Below are positions 18,577 to 28,900 of a stretch of DNA of 64,000 nt, piece by piece. Under the pieces are notes generated by a model. It was not told where the DNA came from and did no database searches. It worked only from the letters and a program-made list of their open reading frames with translations. Each line of letters opens with the position of its first letter. Positions within the stretch are counted from its first letter, which is position 1. The stretch comes from Chloroflexota bacterium (GTDB lineage Bacteria > Chloroflexota > Dehalococcoidia > JACPQD01), in the NCBI GenBank assembly GCA_016190665.1, contig JACPQD010000036.1:2976-66975 (forward strand), read 5' to 3'. The position numbers were made by a program, and so were the translations under genes.

Positions 18577-19647
18577 CTAGAGGCGGATGGGGTAGGTCCC
18601 GTACTTGAATACCGTCTCCCGCATAGCGTTGTAGTTCTCCAGCCTCACGAAATCGGGGACGGAGTTGGAAGAGCCGACACAGTAGCCCCCGCCCGGAGCC
18701 ACTTCCCTTAGATTCTTCTTCACGAGCTCAACCACCTGTTCGGGAGTGCCGCGCGCCAGCACATCCATGTCGATATTGCCCAGGAGGCAGAGCTTGTGCC
18801 CTACCCTCGCCTTTGTCTGTCTTATATCCATGGCGTTGGGCTGGATGGGGTGCAGCCCGTGGAAGCCCACAGCGGCGATATCATCGACGACGTCGTCCAC
18901 CTTGCCATCGGAGTGATAAATGATGAGGACGTCCCGCTCACGGCACAGGGCGCACATGCGCTCCAACCAGGGGAAAAGGTGTTGCCGCAGGTGCTTTGGA
19001 GAGACAATCAGGCCGGAGGTATAGGCGATGTCATCAGAGACCTGGATGGCGCCTACGCTCTTGATCCGGGTCACCCGATCGAGCACTTCAAGTTGGATGC
19101 CGCCCACCTTCTCGAACATTCGCGCCACGAGACCCGGATTCTGGATGAGCGCCATAGCGAAGGTCTCGAAGCCCATAAGGGTCCAAACGGTCGTGAAAAC
19201 GTGTCCCACGTTGGCGACGGTCTTCAGACCGGGCGGCGTCTGCTCCTCGATTTCCCTGAACCGGGAGAAATCCATATCCTGAGCGCTGGGCCAGGGAAAG
19301 GTCTCGAACTCCTTCTCCGAAGTGATGATACCTTTTCCCTCCGTCGCCCAGTGGCGCTCCGTGGGCTTGCCCGCGTAGAGGCTATACTCTCCGCTTCTGG
19401 TTTGCCCGGCAGGCGCCCCCTTTCTCCCTCCGGTCAGGACGGTCCACAAGTCCACTCCGGTGCGGACGAAATCATAACCAGCCCTCGAGTAGAACTCCAC
19501 GGCACTCTTCACGTCTGGCTCAGACCTGCCCAGCCAGACGCTCCTGATACCCTGGTCGACGGTATCATAAAGGGGCACTCTATCCGGCTCGCCCTCCAGG
19601 AGGACGGTGCGTCGGAATCTGGCGAAATCACCCAGAATCTCTGTCAT
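18577..19647 (-). CDS. Uroporphyrinogen decarboxylase-family (MtaA/CmuA-like) methyltransferase
   Basis: GEPDRVP, SDDIA, YHSDG, LHPIQP, LLGNID, GGGYCVGSSNS. Confidence 0.9.
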   Translation of the reverse strand: MTEILGDFARFRRTVLLEGEPDRVPLYDTVDQGIRSVWLGRSEPDVKSAVEFYSRAGYDFVRTGVDLWTVLTGGRKGAPAGQTRSGEYSLYAGKPTERHWATEGKGIITSEKEFETFPWPSAQDMDFSRFREIEEQTPPGLKTVANVGHVFTTVWTLMGFETFAMALIQNPGLVARMFEKVGGIQLEVLDRVTRIKSVGAIQVSDDIAYTSGLIVSPKHLRQHLFPWLERMCALCRERDVLIIYHSDGKVDDVVDDIAAVGFHGLHPIQPNAMDIRQTKARVGHKLCLLGNIDMDVLARGTPEQVVELVKKNLREVAPGGGYCVGSSNSVPDFVRLENYNAMRETVFKYGTYPIRL

Positions 19648-19652
19648 AGCCG

Positions 19653-20309
19653 CTAAACCTCCAGGAGTCTCTTGGCCAGCTCTGCCGCGCTGGCCGCCTC
19701 GATGGCGTAACCGTCCGCCCCGATGTCATCGGCGAAAGCCTGGCTGACCACGGCCCCACCCACGATTACCTTCACCGAATCCCGGCACCCCGCGCTCTCC
19801 AGGGCGGCGACCACGTCCCTCATCTTGACCATCGTGATGCTCAAGAGGGCGGAGAGGGCCAGGATGTCCGGCCGGACCTCCTTCACCGCGGCGACGAAGC
19901 GCTCGGCGGGCACGTCCACCCCCAGATCCATCACCTGGAAGCCCGCCCCTTGCAGCATCACCCGCACCAGGTTCTTGCCGATATCGTGGAGATCGCCCTC
20001 GACCGTACCCAGCACCACCTTGCCTTTGTAGCGCTCATCCTTGGTCCTGGCGAGCGCGGGTTTGATGACCTCGGCGGCCGCCTCCATGGCCTTGGCGGAA
20101 AGCAGGACCTCCGGAATGAAATACTCGCCGGACTGCATCCTGGCGCCCACCACTCCCATCGCCGGGATCAGGGCGTTCAGGTAGAGATCGAAGGGCGGCA
20201 TGCCTTCCTCCAGCGCCCGCTGCGTGAAGCGGCTAGTCACGTCGGCGCGACCCTCGATCACGCCCTGTCTTATGCTCTCGACGAGCTCCGGCAAAGCTGC
20301 TTTCTGCAC
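19653..20309 (-). CDS. Corrinoid (B12-binding) protein
   Basis: GTVEGDLHDIGKNLV (DxHxxG), DLGVDVP, SALL, VIVGGA, GADGY. Confidence 0.95.
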   Translation of the reverse strand: MQKAALPELVESIRQGVIEGRADVTSRFTQRALEEGMPPFDLYLNALIPAMGVVGARMQSGEYFIPEVLLSAKAMEAAAEVIKPALARTKDERYKGKVVLGTVEGDLHDIGKNLVRVMLQGAGFQVMDLGVDVPAERFVAAVKEVRPDILALSALLSITMVKMRDVVAALESAGCRDSVKVIVGGAVVSQAFADDIGADGYAIEAASAAELAKRLLEV

Positions 20310-20431
20310 AATGACCTCCTGGCCAGGGTTCGGTTCCTGGAATTATGAAGCTGCGCTGCCTGGGGTCGGTTGTCGGGGCCGGGGGGTCGGGGATGGACCC
20401 CAGCCCCCAACCCCTAACCCCTGTCCCCCAT

Positions 20432-20704
20432 CTAGACCAGGCTGCTCACCTCGACAACGTCTTTAGCGGACAACGTCACGCCATGGGAGGCGTGGGCCTT
20501 GACCACGGCGTCGGCGCTGGCCGCCTCGGAAAGGCACCAGGCCTCGCCGTTGGCGCCCATGAAGACGTTGACGGGGACAACCCCGTTGGGGTCGGCGCGG
20601 TGAGCCTTAATGTCGGCCTTCATCTGCTCCATCATTTGCATTTGCTGTTGCATCATCTGAGGCGAGACCTGGGGCATGGGATGGTGATCGAGAAACCTTG
20701 GCAT
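20432..20704 (-). CDS. DUF4242/SCO4226-like small metal-binding protein
   Basis: MPRFLDHH...CLSEAASADAVVKAH. ATG after AGGAGG. Confidence 0.65.
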   Translation of the reverse strand: MPRFLDHHPMPQVSPQMMQQQMQMMEQMKADIKAHRADPNGVVPVNVFMGANGEAWCLSEAASADAVVKAHASHGVTLSAKDVVEVSSLV

Positions 20705-20748
20705 CTTCTCCTCCTGGTTTTGTCGGTCAGAGCCTTCCGTCCGAGCAG

Positions 20749-21072
20749 CTATTTCGCTTCTTTGGCAATAACCTCTTCGACCCACTTCATGGCCGCAATC
20801 ATCGTCGGGAATCCGGCGGTGGTGAAAGCTAACAGGACAGCGTGGCGTAGCTCATCGGGCGTGATGCCCTCGGCCAAGGCGCGGCGGGCATGGGACCTCA
20901 CTCCTCCATCGGAGCTCAAGCCAATAGTTATGCCCAGCTTAATCAGGCGACGCGTCTTGGCGTCAAGCGGCCCAGCATTATGGCATTTCAGGGCAAGGTC
21001 ATCGTAGGCTTTGCATATCTCGGGGTGCTGGTGACGAAAATCCTTGAAGATCTCAGGCAGATAGGCGGGCAT
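20749..21072 (-). CDS. Carboxymuconolactone decarboxylase-family protein
   Basis: GPLDAKTRRLIKLGI, HARRALAEGITPDEL, GFP. Confidence 0.88.
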   Translation of the reverse strand: MPAYLPEIFKDFRHQHPEICKAYDDLALKCHNAGPLDAKTRRLIKLGITIGLSSDGGVRSHARRALAEGITPDELRHAVLLAFTTAGFPTMIAAMKWVEEVIAKEAK

Positions 21073-21104
21073 GGTGTACCTCCTGTAGCTCTGGTCTGGC
21101 TATC

Positions 21105-22631
21105 CTACATGCGGCTCCTGGGCCGATACTGAAGGGCCTCCGCCAGATGGCTAGGGCAAATAATCGTCGGGGCGGCTGCCAGATCGGCGATGGTGCGGGC
21201 TACCTTGAGAATGCGGTGGAAACCACGGGCGGAGAGCTGAAGCTGGTTCATGGCGGCGCGCAGCAAGCTTCGGGCGGCTTCGTCCACCTGGCAAAACTGG
21301 CGCACTTCAATAGCCGTCATTTCCGCGTTACAGGTGAGCCTGGTGCCAGCGAAGCGGGCGAGCTGGATATCCCGTGCCGCCTCCACCCTCTCACGTATCT
21401 TCGCCGAAGGCTCGCCCAGCCGGTCGTCGGAGAGCTTCTCATACTCAACACGCGGCACCTCGACAAAGATGTCCATCCGGTCCATCAGGGGGCCAGAAAT
21501 GCGCTTCTGATAACGGGAGACCATCATGGAAGAGCAACTGCAGGGCTTCACCGGGTCGCCGAAAAACCCGCAGGGACATGGGTTCATCGCTCCCACCAGC
21601 ATGAAGTTGGCGGGGAAGGTGACGGAGCCCTGGGCGCGGCTTATCGTCACCATCTTGTCTTCCATCGGCTGCCGCAGCACCTCCAGTCCCGCCTGTCCGA
21701 ACTCGGGGAACTCGTCGAGAAAAAGGACGCCACGATGGCTCAAGCTTATTTCCCCGGGCCGCGGCATCTTACCGCCGCCCACCAGACCGGCGCTGGAGAT
21801 GGTGTAGTGCGGCGACCGGAAGGGGCGGGTGGTTATGAGCGGGGTGTCCGATGGAAGCAGGCCGCTGACGCTGTAAATCTTGGTCACTTCCAGGGCCTCT
21901 TCCGAGGTCATGGAGGGCAGTATGGTAGGCAGGGAGCGCGCCAGCATCGTCTTGCCGCTCCCCGGCGGCCCGCTCATGAGGAGGTTATGGCCGCCCGCGG
22001 CCGTCACCTCCATGGCCCGTTTCACGTGCTCCTGACCCTTGATGTGCGCCATGTCGATTCCGAAGCTTTCGCTGCGCTCCCAGAGATCGGCGCGCCTCTG
22101 AGATACATGGGGAGGTATGCAGATGTCGCCGCGCAGATGGCCCACCAGCTCAGACAGGGAGGAAACCGGGATGACCTTAACATCGTCGACCAGAGACGCC
22201 TCCTCAGCATCTACGGCGGGAACGAAGACGGTGGAGATGCCCTTGTCCCGGGCCACCGCCACCATGGGCAGGATGCCGTTGGTGTGGCGCAGGCTGCCGT
22301 CCATAGACAGCTCCCCCAGGAACAGCATGCCGGAGGTGTCAGCGGTGAGCTGCTCGGAGCTGAGGATGATAGCCAGGGCTATCGGCAAGTCATAGGCCGG
22401 GCCCGCCTTCCTCAAGTCGCCCGGCGCGAGGTTGGCGGCTACCCGTCTCATGGGGAAGTAGCAGCCCGAATGGCGAATGGCGGCGCGGACGCGCTCCCGC
22501 GCCTCCTGGACCGCCGCATCGGGGAGGCCCACGACGTGGAAGTTAGGCAGCCCCGGGGATATGTCCGCTTCTACCTCAACTATCGCCCCCTCGAGCCCCA
22601 CCACAGCGCACGTCAAGGCTTTAGCTAGCAT
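21105..22631 (-). CDS. comM: YifB/ComM-family Mg-chelatase-like AAA+ ATPase
   Basis: VGLPDAAVQE, NLAPGDLRK, GPPGSGKT, PFRSPH, GVLFLDE, NPCPCG, SGPLMDR. Confidence 0.92.
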   Translation of the reverse strand: MLAKALTCAVVGLEGAIVEVEADISPGLPNFHVVGLPDAAVQEARERVRAAIRHSGCYFPMRRVAANLAPGDLRKAGPAYDLPIALAIILSSEQLTADTSGMLFLGELSMDGSLRHTNGILPMVAVARDKGISTVFVPAVDAEEASLVDDVKVIPVSSLSELVGHLRGDICIPPHVSQRRADLWERSESFGIDMAHIKGQEHVKRAMEVTAAGGHNLLMSGPPGSGKTMLARSLPTILPSMTSEEALEVTKIYSVSGLLPSDTPLITTRPFRSPHYTISSAGLVGGGKMPRPGEISLSHRGVLFLDEFPEFGQAGLEVLRQPMEDKMVTISRAQGSVTFPANFMLVGAMNPCPCGFFGDPVKPCSCSSMMVSRYQKRISGPLMDRMDIFVEVPRVEYEKLSDDRLGEPSAKIRERVEAARDIQLARFAGTRLTCNAEMTAIEVRQFCQVDEAARSLLRAAMNQLQLSARGFHRILKVARTIADLAAAPTIICPSHLAEALQYRPRSRM

Positions 22632-22773
22632 CCCTATGTCCTCCGCGGCGAAATAGAGGAACCGCACTCAGTTGAACTGAGTTTAGCATAGATACCGCTT
22701 ACTTGTAAACGCGGGGAGATCATCAGGGGGCATGCACTATGCACGTGTAGGGTAACCTTGCCCCGCAACTCTA

Positions 22774-22802
22774 TTGACAGCTTCTGATTACTGGAGTATT
22801 CT
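22774..22802 (+). promoter_or_regulatory. Sigma70-type promoter
   Basis: TTGACA-17 nt-TATTCT upstream of the amidohydrolase gene. Confidence 0.55.
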
Positions 22803-22902
22803 CATCCCAGGGCTGGAAAGGGACGTTGCTGAATGGAAGCCCGCGCCATGAGGCGTCCGAATCGTGGACGCAAAGGGAATTTTGGAATTAGGGGGTAGTG
22901 CT

Positions 22903-23709
22903 ATGTTCATCGTCGACACGCACGTGCATGCGTCAAGCATCTGGTTCGAACCCGTAGAGACCCTGCTCTACGAGATGAACGCCAACGGCGTAGGGAAGGC
23001 TCTGCTGGTGCAGTTCCGCGGCAATTATCACAACGATTATCTCTTCGAGTGCATCCAGCGCTATCCAGGCCGGTTCGCCGCATGCGTTGCAATCGATACG
23101 GCGGCGGATGACGCTCCCTCCAAACTTGATGACTGGGCAAGAAAGGGCGCCGCCGCTGTGCGAATGTGGATCGCTCCAGGCTCAACCAAGTCGTCTCTGC
23201 CAGTGTGGCGCAAAGCCGGAGAACTCGGCCTCGCGGTTTCTGTGCTGGGAACTGAAGAGGAGTTGGCATCTGATGAATTCAGACACGTTGTGGAGATGTT
23301 CCCCCACACCAGAATTGTGATTGAACATTACGGCCACCACGGGCAGTCTGGCGCAGGAGAGCAGCCACCCTACGATCTTTATCGCCGGGTTCTGTCCTTA
23401 GCAGACTACCCCAGCACCTATATGAAACTGGGCGGCCTGGGAGAACTATGCGATCGGCCAAAGACATTTCCCCAACATGACCCATTTTCGGATATTCCTC
23501 CCTTTGCGAAAATGGCAGTAGACGCGTTCGGGCCACGGCGTCTGATGTTCGGGAGCGATTTCCCCCCGGTTGCCCATCGCGAAGGGTACCGAAATGCGCT
23601 CATGGGTCTGATGGACCACCTGTCGTACCTCAAACAAGAGGATCTCCAATGGATCTTCGGCCAGACCGCTTTGCAGGTCTGGCGCTTCCCCAAGGAGCAG
23701 GCGCCGTGA
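22903..23709 (+). CDS. Amidohydrolase family 2 protein
   Basis: IVDTHVH, IVIEH, FGPRRLMFGSDFP. Confidence 0.9.
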   Translation: MFIVDTHVHASSIWFEPVETLLYEMNANGVGKALLVQFRGNYHNDYLFECIQRYPGRFAACVAIDTAADDAPSKLDDWARKGAAAVRMWIAPGSTKSSLPVWRKAGELGLAVSVLGTEEELASDEFRHVVEMFPHTRIVIEHYGHHGQSGAGEQPPYDLYRRVLSLADYPSTYMKLGGLGELCDRPKTFPQHDPFSDIPPFAKMAVDAFGPRRLMFGSDFPPVAHREGYRNALMGLMDHLSYLKQEDLQWIFGQTALQVWRFPKEQAP

Positions 23710-23850
23710 CGGGGGCCGGACAATTCCACCATGAGGGCGGCGGTCGATGAGGAACGGACTGGGGAGGTCCTCTTCAGCGAAGCGCTCACCTTGGATTTGG
23801 GAAACCTCAGCGTGGCATAGCAACTCAGAAGAAAAGGAGGATAAGTCGCC

Positions 23851-24594
23851 ATGTATGAAGGGATGATTGCCGAGTCTATCCATCTTCGAGGGCACAACGA
23901 ACAGGAAATTGGTGGCTACCTTGCCCGACCTCTGGGACCGGGGCCTTACGGCGGCGTCGTTGTCATCCACCACGCGCCGGGCTTTGACGAAGCAACTAAG
24001 GAAATCACCCGCAAGCTCGCGGCCCGAGGCTACTTAGCGCTCTGCCCCAATCTGCATTACCGCGAAAACCCGGACGATCCCGAGGCCGCCGCTAATGCTG
24101 TGCGCGCCGCGGGAGGGGTCCCCGATGAACGCTGTGTTGGTGATGTTGAGGGAGCCATATGGTACTTGCGCTCTTTGCTTTCGTGCAACGGCAAGATCGG
24201 CGTCATTGGCTACTGTTCGGGTGGAAGGCAGGTATACCTGGCTGCCTGCTCCGTACCCGGCCTTAGCGCCGCGGTTGACTGCTATGGCGGAGGAGTGGTA
24301 GTGCCGCCTGAGCGTTTGAGTCCACGCCAGCCGGTTCAGCCCCTTGATATGACTCGCAACCTGGCCTGCCCACTCTTGGGGCTGTTTGGCGCCGAGGACC
24401 GCAATCCGTCGCCCGAGGATGTTGCGCGTACGGAAGAAGAACTGAAACGTTTCGGCAAGACATACTACTTCCATACCTACCAGAACGCGGGACACGGCTT
24501 TTTCGCCGTCGATCGACCCTCCTACCGGCAGGAGGCTGCCGTTGAAGGGTGGGTGCTCGTGTTTGAGTGGTTCGACAAGTATTTGCAGACATAA
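23851..24594 (+). CDS. Dienelactone hydrolase-family protein
   Basis: GYCSGG nucleophile motif, FGAED, AGHGF. Confidence 0.92.
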   Translation: MYEGMIAESIHLRGHNEQEIGGYLARPLGPGPYGGVVVIHHAPGFDEATKEITRKLAARGYLALCPNLHYRENPDDPEAAANAVRAAGGVPDERCVGDVEGAIWYLRSLLSCNGKIGVIGYCSGGRQVYLAACSVPGLSAAVDCYGGGVVVPPERLSPRQPVQPLDMTRNLACPLLGLFGAEDRNPSPEDVARTEEELKRFGKTYYFHTYQNAGHGFFAVDRPSYRQEAAVEGWVLVFEWFDKYLQT

Positions 24595-24611
24595 CCACGG
24601 ATTGGGCCGAC

Positions 24612-24929
24612 ATGAAGATAAGGGTTCTTGACTGCACAACATTGAATACACTGAACAATAGCAGTATCCGGGTTGGTCGGAGTCAGAATCTGCGTCCAGA
24701 CCGGCTGGCGGGCAAACCGCAGGACCGCTATTGGATAAATCACTGCGAGACCCGAGAGTGGAATGGGGAGCAAGAAGTGCGCATGTGTGTCGTCTTGAGG
24801 CGGTACACAGGTCAGACGGCCTGGCTGGATGTGTCCTTCGATGAGTTCGCGGCCATCCCGGAGATCGACGTGTCTGAGGACGAGTGGGAAGTGGCTATGT
24901 GTGCGGGAACACCTCCTCACGCGCCGTAG
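24612..24929 (+). CDS. Hypothetical protein
   Basis: Co-oriented ORF 18 nt after the hydrolase stop; no family recognised. Confidence 0.55.
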   Translation: MKIRVLDCTTLNTLNNSSIRVGRSQNLRPDRLAGKPQDRYWINHCETREWNGEQEVRMCVVLRRYTGQTAWLDVSFDEFAAIPEIDVSEDEWEVAMCAGTPPHAP

Positions 24930-25101
24930 GGTCGCCAGCAGGCAGCGGGAGGCTGCCGGATACATGAAAGGACATGGCCTGCGCCCTTGAGAGTAGTCAC
25001 CGCAGAGACACAGAGTGCGCAGAGGCTGAGAAGTGAGTGAAGAGAAATGAGAAGAGAGAACGGGACGGTGATCATAGAGAGGGAGAGACTTCTCTTACTT
25101 C

Positions 25102-25532
25102 TCAGTGCTCACCCCTCTTCCCTCTTTCCTCCGAACCCTCTGCGCCTCTGCGGTGAATGTCCTTCAAATTGGTAGGGATATCTTGCTCTGGATCGTCGGC
25201 AAGCCGCTGACGGAAGTAGCCGGCAGGATCTTCCAGTTTCCTGGCTATGGTCAACTCTATCTCGCCCGTGGAATTTCTCAGGGCAGTCATATCAAACATG
25301 ACGCCCTGCCAGCCGGGAATCCGCGGGCTTGTCATCAGAGTCAGCCCCGTGCCTGACGAAAGCAGTGCCACGTCCACTGTGGAGATATCGAGGGCAAGCA
25401 GACCATCGCCTCGCTCGCCAGCCGACTCTCCAGAAAGGTCAAGAGCGTGCGAGCCGAAAGCCGAGGCAGCGATTGCCGCCCCACCCCCAATGTGAGCTTA
25501 ATAGCTTCGCGCCGTGAGATGAGCCTTTTCAT
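25102..25532 (-). pseudogene. Tat-signal-like secreted protein with an apparent frameshift in a G-run
   Basis: MKRLISRREAIKLTLGVG follows a GGAGGAG RBS. A shift in the G-run near 25480 continues AAIAASAFGSHA... into ORF 25102..25377. Confidence 0.45.
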
Positions 25533-25923
25533 GTCATCTCCTCCCTGTGGCTGGAATCTGTACACACCCAACACGCCTTTGATGGGACTCCGTCCATTCT
25601 CCCCTTCTTCATCTTATACTATTTGCACTATCCGTCAAGGCTGTGGGGCGCCAACATTCCATCCGTGCCTGGGACGTTGACATACCGAGCCGGCCTGGCC
25701 ACAATTGAAGGGACCTTTCCTCATAGAGGTCGTCCCTTGCTCACCTGCTTTTTCGTGGTCCGGTGGATAGCGTGGGTTGGCAATTTTGCCGCAAGTGCCA
25801 AGTGGCACGGATGGGACGAACGCCGATATGACACTATGGGTGAATAGTGTGCCGCGCGATTTCGATCCTTCTCCCGGCGTACCAACTCCCCCTTCTTTAA
25901 CCTGGACTCTGGACTTCCTCGAC

Positions 25924-25951
25924 TTGACGTTTCCTAAAACAGGAGTAAAAT
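25924..25951 (+). promoter_or_regulatory. Putative sigma70 promoter of the defence operon
   Basis: TTGACG-16 nt-TAAAAT. Confidence 0.45.
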
Positions 25952-25972
25952 AGTTCTGGCTTATGCGCCCAG

Positions 25973-28900
25973 TTGTGTCGCCGCTCTAAGGAGGAAAAGA
26001 GGATCACATCAATCCTTCAGCATCTCCGCTCCCTCGATAGCTACGACAGCTTACTGGCTCTCTTCGACGCCCTCGGATTCACCTATAGCGGGGAGCCCCG
26101 TTCTACTGCCGATTGGCCATCCGCCATCCGGGACGCGGTATCCGAGTTCCGCCTCGCGGGGCGCCACGGAACGTTCGGTATTCTCTATCTGGAGATACCG
26201 GAGCAGCGGATGCTCGGGTGGGAACGCCAGATCGTCTCCCGGGCCCTGAACACTGAGCCGCACAGCCTTTTCGTATTCACCAACAGCCAGCACCGACTTT
26301 GGCATTTCGTCCATGTGCGCTACGACGAGCGGACGGAGCAGCGCAGACAACTCAGGCGCTTCGTCGTCGATTTGCGCGAGCCGGGGGCCGCCAAACGCCT
26401 GAGGACAACCGCCGAGCGGCTTTCCCGACTTGCCATCGCGCCCGGAGAGCGCCTCTCGGCTTTGGAGCTGCAGAAGCGCTGCGACGACGCTTTCCGGGTC
26501 AGTGAAGTTACGAAGGACTTCCTCCGTTCTTTTGTGCACATAGTAGACGATCTCACCAAGTCACTCCGCAAGAACAATCCGTCTTTGCTGGCTACAGACG
26601 CCGATGCGCTCCGTCAGGCCCAATTACTCACCGACAGGTTGGTTTTCCTCTACTTCGTACAGAAGAAGGGCTGGCTGAACGACGAAAGGGATTATCTTTA
26701 CAAACGCTTCTGCGCATGTTATCAGAGCAAGGCCACCGAGGATACCTATTACCGGGAACGCTTGCTGCCGCTGTTCCGATCCCTCTCGCACCAAAGCGCG
26801 CTGCGCCCGAGATCAGAGAATGGCACAGAAGAGGCTCTGCCCTTCCTCAACGGCGGGCTTTTCGATCTGCCTTTGTCCTACGGCACGGCCAACCCCACGA
26901 CCGATGAGCGTGTCCGCGTGCCTAATGAGTCCCTCTATCCCGTCTTCGAGGACTTCCTGGAGCGGTACAACTTTACGACCACGGAAGATACCCCTCTTGA
27001 TGTCGAGGTCGCCATCAATCCGGAGGTTATCGGCACCATCTTCGAGACCTTCGTCTTGACTTCGGAGAAGGAGCCGGAGACGAATGCTTCTGACCGCCGC
27101 AAGGCCACTGGCAGTTACTACACCCCTCGGTGCGTCGTGCACTTCATCTGCCGCGCCGCTTTTCGGCGCTACCTGGCCGAGCGGACGAGCGCGGATGAGG
27201 AAGTGTTAAGGCAACTGATCGAATACGTGCCCGCCGAGCAAATGACCGGCCAGCAAGAAGTCCATCTGCGGGAGCTGCTATCTCCCGCGCAAGCCGAGGA
27301 AATCCGCAGCGCCGTTCTGCAAATGCGCGCCTGCGACCCTGCGGTCGGGTCGGGCGCGTTCCCTGTCGGCCTGCTTCAAGAGATGGTGAAACTCGTGACC
27401 CTCCTCGATCTGCGGATTCATGGGCGGTCTGCCATCGAGGGGAGGAACTATGCTTACGACCTGAAGAAGCGGATTATCGAGGAGTGTCTCTACGGGGTGG
27501 ACATCCAGGAGCAGGCCATCCAGATCTGCGAGCTGCGCCTCTGGCTCTCCCTGGTGGTGGATTATCAGACGGAGGAAAGTCTCCCCCTGCACGAACGCAT
27601 TGCCCAGATTGAACCTCTGCCCAACCTGACTTTCCGCGTCCGCGTGGGCGATTCACTGCTTGACCAGGTTTTTGGCCGGGACTGGGATGTTCAGACTTCA
27701 CGGCACCATGACCTCATCGGCCAAATTACTGAGGCCAAACGTCTCTACTACGCGTCGCGCTCGCCGGAGGGCAAACGGGATCTTGAGATGCAAATCCTCA
27801 GTCTTCAACTCCAACTGCTGGAGCGCCTATTGGAAGAGGAGCGACTGGTTACCGGCCACGACCTTCCCTTGCTTCAGGACTCGATTTCGAGCAAGCTGCG
27901 AAAGAAGCTGGAGGCCGTTAAGGAACGACTGGAGGAGATAGACCAGCTTCTGCAGCGGTGCCGTGACGCCCGAAAACTGGCAGCGCAGCCGGTTCAGGAC
28001 ACCTGGGAGCACGCCAGGCGGTTCGATGCGATCAGGAAGAATATTGGCGTGTCCTTCGTTTGGGCGCTCGACTTCGCCGAAGTATTCGATCCGGCGCGGC
28101 GCAATGGAGAGACGCGGCCGCCAGGTTTCGATGTTATCCTCGGCAATCCGCCCTTTGTCACTGCACGGAAGCCAGACGAGCGGGAGCGCTATCGACTGCG
28201 CTGGCCGACCAGTTGCTACAAGAAATATCACATGCTGGCGCCCTTCATTGAGCTGGCGCTCTTGAAACTCCTCCGGCCTCAAGGTCAACTAGGCTACATC
28301 GTCTCTAACGCCTTCGCTACCCGGGACTTCGGTAAACCGCTTGTGGAAGAGGTTCTTACCCGTGTGGAGCTGCTCAATGTGGTGGACTGCTCTGGGTTGA
28401 TGTTCCCCGGCCATGGCACGCCAACCTGTATACTGCTCGGCCGCGCCATCCCCGGGCACTCCTCCAAAGCCACTGCAGGGCGGCACTTCCTGCCAGGCGC
28501 GCCACGGACAGCCACCAAGCTGTGTGGCACAAAGCCAGGCATGGGCCAGCTGCGCGAGGAGGCCGAGGAGACGGAGCTATGGGCGGAGACTGAGGCTGGC
28601 TGGGAGACGCCGACATTCTCTGGCCAGCGGGTGGAGGTGACTGAATGGCCGGTTTCGGTCACGCGGTCTCATCCCTGGTGCTTGAATGCCAGCGGGACCG
28701 ATTTGAAGGAGTGGATCGAGAAGGGGAGCAGCGTAACACTGGTTGAATTCTCGGGCTTCTCCATCAGCTATTCCACGGTGTCTGGGATGGACCCTATCTT
28801 TGTGCTCACCGAAGATTGCTGTCGGAGGATGCATCTCTCAGACGTGAGCATGCTCTTCGTGCGCGGCGAAGATGTGCGCGATTGGAGCATAATCCCATCT

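Noticed and set aside
25861-25884. tRNA gene
   Set aside because: Only a 3'-end-like fragment; no D or anticodon arm can be folded upstream.
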